A program made the position numbers and the translations under genes. A DNA stretch of 64,000 nt from Lepidodermella squamata. Taxonomy: Eukaryota > Animalia > Gastrotricha. Below the pieces are notes generated by a model that saw nothing but the letters and a program-made list of their open reading frames with translations, was not told the DNA's origin and did no database searches. This document shows, one piece after another, positions 1-10,391 of this stretch. Location: positions 992,001 to 1,056,000 of the forward strand of contig JBLDXI010000025.1 in NCBI GenBank assembly GCA_047495785.1, in the 5' to 3' direction. Position 1 is the stretch's first letter; each line of letters begins with the position of its first letter.

Positions 1-94
1 GGTTTATTTCAAGAGAGAGATACCGATTTATTGGTGGTCTGCGTTACATAATTCTTAGTAACATTGCCTTTAAGACACAGAGATATGAATTAAT

Positions 95-543
95 TACCAT
101 ATATACCGGAATATAAAGGACTCCCTACTATTTTTTTCAAACTGTCCGAAAACCCCTCTCTTCAATTCAGGGCCTCTCTTTTATTTAGGGCCTCCCTATT
201 ATTTTTTCTTCGCCCCGAACAAACCCGAGGTATCACTGAAAATGCCGCTAATCACCATCAAAAGAGAGGATTTTCATGGCGATAATGCCTCACACCAGGT
301 AGTCGGGCCACTTATCCCTCAAGTTTCGCTTAAGCTGTATGCAAACAAGATTAAGAGGGATTAAGGTGAACAGCTAATTTGTACCCGCGCACGCATTTCA
401 GAGTGGCGTCAAGAGTGTTGGTAGCTGACCCTCTCTACAATTTAGGTCCTCCCTTTAATTATTTCAAATGCCTCGTAACCCTCTCTACTAAATAGGTCCT
501 CCCTTCTAATTAGGTCCTCACTTATAATCCGGTATATACGGTA
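95..543. mobile_element. Non-autonomous pogo/Tc1-mariner-type MITE (~450 bp)
   Basis: Left end TA-CCATATATACCGGAATATAA (95-116); right end TTATAATCCGGTATATACGG-TA (522-543) is its reverse complement with 2 mismatches; TA flanks; internal subterminal repeats of CCCTCTCT..TTTAGG(G/T)CCTCCC type; no ORF. Confidence 0.8.
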
Positions 544-883
544 ACTTCAGTATAGATGATATTTCTTAATAATAAGTATTGGTTATTTATCGTTGGTTGG
601 AATATAGATGGTGGTGAAGAATTCGAATACTGTCTTTGAGGGCCTGTGAAGCGATATCGATGGCTGTGCCGGCGTTGATTCCATAATCGCAATTTTATAA
701 ATTCAATTTTAATTTTCAATTTTCAATTTTATTATTTTTTAACCTCAATTAATTTGTGTTACTTTTTTATTTACGGAGAATTTTCAGAGGTTTTTGACCT
801 TCAATATTTTTTTTTAATTTTAAGAATTGCATAACTCTGTACTATTTTTATTCTATTTATTCTCTCTTTTTCGTTCATTTTAG

Positions 884-1686
884 GTGAGGAATCTGATATT
901 GTCATTGCGTCTCTAGTTCGCAGTAACGACAAGGGCTCGATCGGTTTCGTCGGCCAGCCGCAACGCGTCAACGTTATGTTGTCCCGCGCCCGGCTCGGCA
1001 TGATCCTAATCGGCAACAAAAACACCCTGGAAACGTCGAAAGACCGCCAAGCCAACAAACCATGGCCTAAATTGTTGAAAATGCTCGACGAGAAAAAGGC
1101 GATTTACCCGGGTTTCCCGGGTAAATTGACTGAATCTATTGAAAAATGGAAAAATCTTGACGAAAATGAACGAAAAAATGAGCTCAATCCGCAACACAAC
1201 AGCGAGCGAGAGGCGCGTGAAAGGCAATTTCGACTCATGCGGGAAGAGACGAAGCGGCAAATGGATGAAATGCAACGCATCGAGCTGGAGCGTAAACTCC
1301 TCGAAGAAGAAATGCAGCACATGGAACAGGAACGAAAACGCCGTGAAGCAGAACTGAAGCGCGTGGAACAGGAGAGAAAACGGCGCGAAGCAGAGCGGAA
1401 GCGCATGGAGCAGGAGCAAAAGCGCCGCGACGCAGAATTGAAACGAATCGAGCTTGAACGAAAACGCCGCGAAGAAGAACTAAAGCGCGTGGAACAGGAA
1501 CGAAAACGACGCGAGGACGAGTTGAACCGCATGCGAGAAGAGCGCAGGAAAGAAGCGCAGGCTCAGCAGAAATTGCGAGACATGGGCCTGTGCCCGGCTA
1601 ATTACATATGGCTGCGAGTGGGTGGCGGGTACCGCTGCGCCGGTGGATCGCACTTTATGACCATGGGCCAACTTGGCATGAACTGA
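884..1686 (+). CDS. Last exon of ZNFX1-like SF1 (UPF1-like) helicase, paralog A: helicase motifs V-VI, charged coiled coil, C-terminal Cys/His motif. Upstream exons lie left of the window
   Basis: Acceptor tttag at 879-883, then (G)[44 protein letters not shown]; same intron position as paralog B; ends [29 protein letters not shown]; AATAAA near 1846. Confidence 0.85.
1270..1555 (+). repeat. Coding tandem repeat, ~42 nt/14 aa unit (RRExELKRxEQERK), coiled coil
   Basis: Recurring GAACAGGAACGAAAACGCCG/GAAGCAGAACTGAAGCGCG-like units; protein period of two heptads. Confidence 0.8.
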
Positions 1687-2095
1687 ATTATTGAAAGCAA
1701 CATACTTATTTTTGCCAATTACCTGGAAATCAAGAAAACGAACTGATTAAAGACTGCGAAACAATCAAGTCAACTCAATTACGTGCAAGTGATTTCTCTG
1801 TATTTTTCTCTTTGTTGAAAATAAACTCAGCATATAATCATATTCAATAAACCAATTCGGCTGCATTTTATTGGATTTTTTTTAATTTCAGCTTTTTTTA
1901 GTTCACTTACACAGAAAGCTGTACGATTGCTGCTAGGCAATGCAGGCATTGTAGGCCGGGTTTGCAGGGTCAAAGTACAACCCTAAAAATTGCGCGCGCG
2001 CGAAGGTTAAAAATAGCACTATTCTGACTAAATTACAGAAAACGAATACAGAAATGATATGTTTTCATCTCATCTAGAGTTTAATTAAAGACTCG

Positions 2096-5000
2096 ATGAT
2101 CCAAATCAAGCCCATGCACCAATTTGGAGCCTATTCTGATGCCAAATTCTCAGCCGCGAATTCGAACCGTGGCTCGAAGCCTAGCTCCAATGAAGAAGCT
2201 CTTTCGTTTCTCAACTACGTCCTCGATCGCGTCGACAAACTCGAAACGCTGAGCCTACTAACGCAAAGTGCCAACGGATCCGAATTTTTCATCGCCTGCA
2301 TGTCTCGACAAGAAATTTCTTTTGATTTTGTTCGCAATACACTAACACCTCTTATCAGGTTTGCAGAAGTTTCTCTTATTTCTTTGTGAATTTACCGCGA
2401 TTTTTTCCAATAGTTTTATCGCGGATGATCCAAGATTTGGCGTCGGTTCGTCTAGCCGCGTGCGAGCAGGTCTGAAATTTTTGAACTCGATAGGCCAAGT
2501 ACCGGGCCTGATTGACGGCTGCATTGAACTGGCGAGAAATGACAATCTCGGTTGTTGGAAAATTGACGATATTTTGCGATTCACCTGGTTTCTTTCTCGC
2601 ATTGACGTTTCAAATTTCGAAGATTCAATTGCCGATTGGAATTTGCTGCTCAGAAGCATTGATCTAAAACCAATCGTTCCGATTTTTTGTGACGAAATTC
2701 AATCGTTCGACTCATTTTTGAAAAACGAAACCGGCTGGCGGCATGATAATGATTTCGAAAATTTTCGTTCGATTTCAATTTTTCCAACTGCGGCCGAGTT
2801 AATTTCAGCCGCCCAGCCATTTCTGCCTGAAGCAAAATCAGTTTTTGAGTCGAAATTGAGCCCGAAAGACAAAATCTCAGCCTACTTAAATTGGTGTTTC
2901 CGCCTGTTGCGCTATGACGTCGTTAATTCGATGAAGTATGAAATCAGACTTCTGCTTCGAACTCGCGATGAAAATGACCTGGATGGCTACGAGTTGCGGC
3001 ATTTGAAGCGATTATCCCATCGAACCGTGGCTATCAATTGCGTGAAAAATGTCGTTTTCAACCGCAAATTTGGCCTAGTTTTCAACTTAACCGTGGATAA
3101 GGCTGTTGAGCTCAATTCGATTTTAGCGATTTTTGACTCCAAAAAATCCGAATTAATCGGTACGGCCAAAGTTGTTGAAATCGCTGAAGACGCCAAAACT
3201 GATATATCAGTCGTGTTTGAAGACGAAACCGCGATCGGAAGAATGTTTTCTAAACTAGGGCAAGCTGAAAATCTGCGGGCCGTTCCACTTTCGAATTCGT
3301 TTTTCGCGTTTCGACCAGTTTTAAATCGCCTTCAAAAACTGCCTAGTGTGCCTTTTTGCGACGAAATTTTACTGGGGAAAATTGGCGAAAAAATCGCTGA
3401 ACCTAGCTACTTGAACGGAAAAATGCGGAAAATCGTCGAAGCGATGGAAAAAATTCCGAAAAATGCCGATTGTTCACGCTTGGTTGGCGTTGCAAATCGC
3501 CTGACTTTGGACAAGCAGCAGAGGCGAGCGGTTCTTCGAGCACTCAATCAACGTGTCGGTTTGATTCAAGGCCCGCCGGGTACTGGAAAATCGTATTGTG
3601 GAGCGATTATTGCGAAATTGATTCACGACCATTCAAGCGAGACGATTTTATGCGTTTGCTACACGAATCACGCGCTGGACCAATTTTTGGAGGATTTGCT
3701 TGATTTTGGCATTCCGAGTTCGGCGATTATCCGGCTTGGGGCTGAGGAGAAAATTCGCGAGCGCATTAAACCGATGACTTTGAGCAATTGTCAAAAATCT
3801 GCGAAAAAATTGGCGAAAAATCGTAAAAAGGAACTGAAATTTTTCAGACGTAAAGTCGGGGAAATCAAGGCGAAAATTGATTTTCTCATCGATAAATTAC
3901 TCGGTCTGAAGAAGGGATTTGATAATTTTGCGGATTTATCATCTGTTTTGCCGCCAATGGCTCGGTTGGCTTTTACAATTGCGAAGAATAAGCGTGGAAT
4001 CAAGAAACGATGGGTTAAATGTGGGTCCGAGGCTGATTACCTTTGGAACCGGTGGAACCAGGGCCTTGACCGGGGTCGATTCGCTGCCCAGCGTTGCCAC
4101 GAAGAATCCGCTCAGATTTGGGCGTTGAATTTTTCTGAACGGCAGATGCTGTTGGATACGTGGCGGTCGGAAGCTATGCAGGTCCTGCAGCATGGTACGT
4201 AAATTCAGATTAATTTCTGCAATTTTTCTCAGAGGGCTGTGATCGAAAGAGTAATAAATTTGTTATAAATTTATTTTTTGCTTATAACGCTAATATAAAT
4301 CGCTCGCGCTAAGTTTTATGTGCAGCAAAAAAATACTGTGATTTTTTGCTGCTGTTTGAGTTCTAATATTCTCTTACGTTATTCACGTCATTTGGGTCAT
4401 TTCCTTCATTCATAAATTTTGACATTGCGCGCAGAGGTGAAACACTGCCCTCGCGGTCTGCATAGCCAATGGCCTCAAGACGATGTTCCAATTCTTTTGT
4501 TGAATCTGGAAAGCTAGTTTTTACCATTTTTCCCAAGAAAATAATCGTGATACAAAAACTACCAAAAGCTAACTCGATTTTCAATCCGCCAATAGCCGCA
4601 TTTTTCGTGTCACAAACTACCTGTATGCTGATGCCTTTATTTTATGATTTTAATCACAAACGAGTTTTCCCCAGCTTGAAAAATTTACCCTCTCACGCCT
4701 TATTTTGCATAATATTGAAGTGCCTCGTAAAAGCTGCCATTTCGAATGATGCAATAGCTAGATTTCAAGTCATCGAATGATTGTGGAATTTGTCAAAGGA
4801 GAAAAATATTTATCAGGGGTAATGCCAGCTTCTATAGCTTCTTATTCTGCTAAGAAAGCTGTTAGATACCAGTTAAAAGGTAACAGGTGTGCGATGAAAT
4901 TGAATGATAACACTCAATCTATCATATATTTTGAAACTCGTGATTCGATTTACCGGTTTATCGAAAACGATCTGCTGAAAATAGTGATAATGACTGTAGT

Positions 5001-8000
5001 AAAGAATGCAATTGAAGCAGCAGAATAGGCAGAATAGGCAATAATATAGCACCAACAATAAAAAGTGTACGATAGATTTTTTTTCTGTGTCGCACTATAA
5101 CGTCATTATAATGTTGTTATAAATCTTATTTATGTACGATCACAGCCCTCTGAGGTTTAGAGGCTGGTAGTTTTAAAGTTCGGAATCATAATTTGATGAA
5201 TCCTAATTCCTCAAGTCCTAATGTTGATGATCTAAAGTTAACTTCAACAAAATCCTTAAATTTAGCTTTTTTACAAATTAAAGTCAACTTACTTTGAAGT
5301 GTGATCGAAGGCTCAAGTTGAGAAAAATGAGTAAAAAATTGGAAATTTGTAACGATAATTAAATCACATTGACAAATCGATATTTTCCGAAGCTGATGGA
5401 GTGATTTTGACTTCGAAATCTTGCTCGGCGGCCTTAAGTTGACTTATTTATGATGAGTCCCGCCACCCAGCCCTAGTAGCTTGAGACTTCGCGTTCGATG
5501 CGCACATGTGCGTATTCAGTTGCCAAGGTGTTGAGCGATCGAGAGAAAAGGACGCCTTAAAGTAGACTTGAGGGTTGTTACACCCCTATGTGTCAGGGCT
5601 TTTTCGACGGGAAAAAACAGTTTCAACACGGAAAACAGCACACGGGTTCCGTATAGACCTCCAGGGCTGCAAAAAGTGTTGTATCCTGGTATCCTGGTAT
5701 CGAAGGTGCAATAAGGGCACGCCGTCCAGGGTCTTCCTGTAGATTTGTTTCGTTATAATTTACGAAGTTTTCAGGTGCAACATTGCTCAACACTTGTCTT
5801 GCTTGCGTTTTTAAAGTAATCGATGCAGTCCCTGACGCATTTTTCTGGCGAACTCGCTCGTGCTGGCGCTTCATAAATGAATAGTACCAGTCACGGCTTG
5901 GCAAGTTTCCTTCGCGGTTGAGTTCATCCAGGGGGATCCATGATTCCCTAACATTACGAGATAGTTGCATCAGATATTCCGTGGTTGATACAAAATAAGG
6001 GAAGCCGTGAAGCTCAAATCTGAGTCGAATGCTAGGTATCATTAGCTATAATCTTCTTTTATTGGTCGTATGCTTTCGAAAATGAAAAAAATGTTGAACT
6101 CAATTCTGGCGGACAACATTTCCATTTTGGACTTGAGCGGAGTATTCCCGATTTAATTGCTATCCATTTCACATAGCTTTGTCAAATTCACAGAACTCCG
6201 TAGAACTCATTTTCATGAAGCTGTTTCAAGAATTATCAGCTTAAGCATGCAGTTTTATGTTCACTTACTCCCTCGTGAAGTTGATGTTCCGGTTATCAGA
6301 AACCGCGATGTATAAGTTTTCCGCGTCGCCTAGTGCTTCGAAGAACTGCCCAGCAAAATCGTGTATGAGTATGTCAGCCAGGTTGCCAAATCTCAGTGGA
6401 AAGTTTCGTTCCGCCAAAATCAGCGCGAAATGTTGGACAAATTGTTTTTCAAGGTTTCGTGGCAGATCTGTCCCCTTGGCGTGTCGGGCCCTGATCAGTG
6501 CAGATGTTTCCGATAGTATGAGCGGACAGATATTTCCAAAATTGATCTAGCGCTGATGCTCATTGATTTCATCAGACGCGTATCTGAGTATTCATGTTTG
6601 GTGAGTACCTATAGATGATTTTCAGGGATACCTACGAGATATACATGCAAATCTAAAATCGCCATGAGGGCAGTCAGTTCGATTTCGTTGGGATTTATGC
6701 TTCGACCCAGCCCGATACATGATGTTATAGTCTTCGAGTTCTTGAGAAATTTCCTGAGATTTTATTTTTGAGCCGAATTCGAATCTATCAATTGTCACGC
6801 CTCCTATTCATGATTATAAATTTGAACCTGAATTCTCTAAAAACAAGTTTATATTATTTTTTAGGCATAGATCGCGAAATGGAAGAATTCCGATCGATCA
6901 AAGAAGAAATGTCCGTTCAATACCAGAAACCGCGAGTTGAATTGCTGAGAACGAAGCGAATTATCGGCTGTACAACAACGGGTGCGGCTAACTTCGCTGC
7001 GGAACTCGAAGCGGTCAAAGCCGGCGTTGTCATCGTTGAAGAAGCCGGCGAAATTCTCGAACCACACATTTTGACGAGCCTCTCATCGAAATGCAAACAT
7101 TTGATCATGATCGGTGATCACAAGCAACTGAGGCCGAAGGTTGATAGCTTCGAGTTGAGTGTTGAATCTGGGTCCGAGTTGAAATTCAACCGATCGCTGT
7201 TTGAACGGCTGGTTTTGAACGGATTCCCTCACGTTACGCTGACCCTTCAGCATCGAATGAGACCAGAATTTTCGGATTTGATCCGAAAATTATGCTACCC
7301 CGAGCTGCGAGACTCGCCGTCAGTTCTGAATAGACCGAAACTTAATGGAGCGATTTCCAGCGTGATTTTCATCAATCACGATAATTTCGAGGGCCATGGC
7401 CTGGAAAATGGCGGCGAAACCAGCGTTTCGAAGGTCAATTTCTTCGAGGCCGAAATGGCGATAAACATCACGCGTTACTTGCTGTGGCATGGCTACAAGT
7501 CTGATCAAATTGTGATTATCACGCCGTACCTCGGGCAGCTTTTTACGATTCGGAAGGCACTGTCTCGCCTGTTTGACGTCGAGTTGAATGGGCTGGATGA
7601 AGCGGAACTCGTGAAACTTGGATTGCTGACGAAGAAAAGCGATGGAAAATTTTCAAGCTCGAAATTCAAGGTTCGAGTGTCGACGGTTGACAATTTCCAA
7701 GGTCAGTTTTCGGATTTTATCCACTTATTAATTTTTTAATAATGATTTTATTAATGAGTGGAGTCAATTGAGGTAAATTTTAGTGGATCAAAAAATCATA
7801 ATCAAAATTCGGAATTTTGAAAATTGGAAACAAGCAGCATAAGTAATATGCTTGTTTCCAATTTTCCAATAATGCTAGAACTCCGTTTGAACCGTATAAT
7901 TAAATTTTTAGGATGAATTTGATATAAATTCTATCACATTTTTTCTCTTTGATTTTTGTGATTTTTTCAATACAGGCGGGGCTGAAGACTGTATGATGAT

Positions 8001-8402
8001 TAAATTGTCCATCGTTTCATCGTTTTAGGCGAAGAATCTGATATTGTTATCGCCAGTCTTGTTCGCAGCAACAACGAGAAGTCGATTGGATTTCTTGGCG
8101 AAATCGAGCGCGTGAATGTTATGTTGTCGCGAGCCAAACTCGGCTTGATATTAATCGGAAATTTGCAGACTTTTGAGGACGCCAAGTCGACTCTGTGGCG
8201 CGAACATCTCATCCCGTTACTCCGTCGAAAAAATGTGATTTTTCCTGGTTTTCCAGGCCGTTGTGATTTCCATTGCCGTGACTATCTTCTCTCGAAACCT
8301 GGTGATTTTGACAAACTGCTGCTGGAGGAGAAATGTGGATCTGGATCGTGCGGTATTCAAGACCAAATTGAAGATTTGAGCGAACTTGCTGACCTGATCT
8401 GA
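2096..8402 (+). CDS. ZNFX1-like SF1 helicase, paralog B; exons 2096-2358, 2414-4194, 6865-7701, 8029-8402
   Basis: All junctions GT-AG and frame-consistent. ZNFX1 motif RHDNDFENFRSISIFPT, Walker A GPPGTGKS, CYTNHALDQFL, IIGCTTTGAA, Walker [53 protein letters not shown]. Confidence 0.9.
4228..5154. mobile_element. ~930 bp element bounded by perfect 18-bp inverted repeats, inside ZNFX1-B intron 2
   Basis: CTCAGAGGGCTGTGATCG at 4228-4245 and CGATCACAGCCCTCTGAG at 5137-5154; no clear TSD; only short ORFs inside. Confidence 0.6.
5623..6600 (-). pseudogene. Degenerate pogo/Tigger-like (CENP-B HTH + DDE_1) transposase remnant in ZNFX1-B intron 2
   Basis: NLPSRDWYYSFMKR and NVAPENFVNYNETNLQEDPG match pogo-family WxxxFxxR and NxDET motifs (first catalytic D replaced by N); upstream minus-strand LEKQFVQHFALILAERNFPL resembles the CENP-B HTH start; interrupted by stops and frameshifts. 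Confidence 0.75.
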
Positions 8403-9001
8403 TATTACTAAATTCGATGTTATGACTTCTATATATGACTTTCGATATTATGCCTGCCTTATTACTCAAGTTATTTTTTGTTTTGCTTGTGTTAAATTTC
8501 AGCTTTCAACTCGACGCAGATGAATATGCAACAAATTTTCTTGCCAATCATATCGTTTCGATATTATTTTTGTTCATTTTTCGTTTTTTTGTTTCAATAA
8601 ATTCGAATGGTTACAAAGTGTGTCAAATAGTCGTTGCCGATTTGCTGTATTACGATCCGGAAACATAATGAAAGGTTCAACTGCCACGGATTTGACTCGC
8701 AATATCTTGGCGAAAAGATATCTGTTCGTAGAACAATAAAACCCAGAGAAATTTTTTTGAACTCTAAAAAACACAAGATTTCACTGATGACATTTTCACG
8801 CAATTTTATGGAAAAAAATTACAGGCGAGGAATTGCAGTTGAGAATCGCCAAGAGCCAAAAATCGCGGTACGGGAATTTTCACAGAATAAAAATATATTT
8901 TCACGAATCATTTCAATTCAACTCATTCTTCATTTCAAAGGCTTCAAGGTCCTTCCATTCATTTATTATTCCATTGTTTGACAAGCTGAACATTTCCACG
9001 C

Positions 9002-10096
9002 TCAGAAACCACCGAATTTCCAAACACTGTGGTGTGAATACAACTCTCCAGGTCGCAGGACAGTATTCTGAAAATTGAAGTGATTAGGCGCATCGGGTGG
9101 GGCTTGGGTCTCGAAACATATTGAAGAATGGTCTTGATACTTGACTCCATTTTTCCCGACGCTGTTTGCGAATTGGCGCGTCATGCAATTCGCCGACCAG
9201 ATGTGACAAGCTGACTCAGTTGTAGAGACTTCCATCCATCGACCACTGGCAGGATCGGTCAGCTTAGCAACTTGATAAAGCGGCAAACAGCAGACACAAT
9301 CTTTCTTTTCCTGCCAATTTCGCATCATGTATGTGACATTGAGCCCGTTATCTGCTCCATACTTATCGATTCGGTCACCCAATCGAACTGGGCTACGATA
9401 ATCGTGCGGGCTACCCGGCTGAACTTGGGCGATCTCACCCGTTGGGCAGTCGTTTTCGTTTTTCAACAGGTAAGCATCGCAGAAAAGCTGCAGATTGTGA
9501 TCCAGAACACTCCCGGGACCACCCGTCAAATTGAAATGGGCATGATTCGATAGATTGACAACTGTTGGCTTTGTAGTTGTAGCAGCGTATCGAAGATGGA
9601 GCTGGTTTAGGTTGTCCAGCTCATAATGTAGCCTCAATGTCAACTCTCCTGGGAAACCTTCATCCCCGTCGGGGCTAACCAGTTCAAGCAAAACTGATTG
9701 TTCATCAGCAGCCATTACACTTAAATTCCGCTTGTTGAAACCAATTTTGCCCCCGTGAACCGTAACACGGCCGCATTCTTCCAAACGATTGAAGGCAAGC
9801 TGATACTCAATTCCATCAATTGAAAATCTTCCTTCGTTTAATTTTGTTGAAAATCGCCCGAGTAAGGTTCCATGGTGGACGACATCTTCAGCGTAGGCTT
9901 CAACTGTATCGTAGCCGTGAACGACGTCAACCAATGATCCATCTTCAGATGGCAGCAAAATTCTTTGAATTGCGCCTCCATAACTGAAAATGTGAACTTG
10001 CATTCCATTGTCATTCTTCAAAACGATTGCGCCTTCGCTTTTACCAATATTTGGCACCATTATGATAAAATTCAATGCTTTGATGCTCTGACGCAT
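9002..10096 (-). CDS. GALM: Aldose 1-epimerase (galactose mutarotase) family, intronless CDS; true start may be the Met at 10060
   Basis: HGG, SPDGDEGFPG, TTTKPTVVNLSNHAHFNL (catalytic His), PTGEI, CFETQxxPDAPNH (catalytic Glu), LRPGE. Confidence 0.9.
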   Translation of the reverse strand: MRQSIKALNFIIMVPNIGKSEGAIVLKNDNGMQVHIFSYGGAIQRILLPSEDGSLVDVVHGYDTVEAYAEDVVHHGTLLGRFSTKLNEGRFSIDGIEYQLAFNRLEECGRVTVHGGKIGFNKRNLSVMAADEQSVLLELVSPDGDEGFPGELTLRLHYELDNLNQLHLRYAATTTKPTVVNLSNHAHFNLTGGPGSVLDHNLQLFCDAYLLKNENDCPTGEIAQVQPGSPHDYRSPVRLGDRIDKYGADNGLNVTYMMRNWQEKKDCVCCLPLYQVAKLTDPASGRWMEVSTTESACHIWSANCMTRQFANSVGKNGVKYQDHSSICFETQAPPDAPNHFNFQNTVLRPGELYSHHSVWKFGGF

Positions 10097-10391
10097 TAAA
10101 ACCTGAAATTATTTGTTATCTTCGTATGTAATGGTGAGATATGAGAAAACTAGACCTCAATTGTTATCTTAACCGCAACGTTGCTTAAAACAGCGATAAT
10201 ACGAGTGACTTCGAGTGAAACCTCAGCAACACGCTCGGAATTTCTCCTAACGAACGGGAGCACATATTTTATTGCGATATGGAGACGTACCAGGTTCCTG
10301 GAAACACAAAAATAACTCTGCGTCCAACATCAAAGTTTTCAAAATTAACAAAACCATTAACCGAAAGTGTGGAATGTAAAACAAGAAAGGA

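Noticed and set aside
1006-1532. Minus-strand ORFs over the coiled-coil exon
   Set aside because: Shadow frames of a low-complexity repeat.
8435-9078. Short ORFs between ZNFX1-B and GALM
   Set aside because: AT-rich, no motifs; likely convergent UTR or intergenic sequence.
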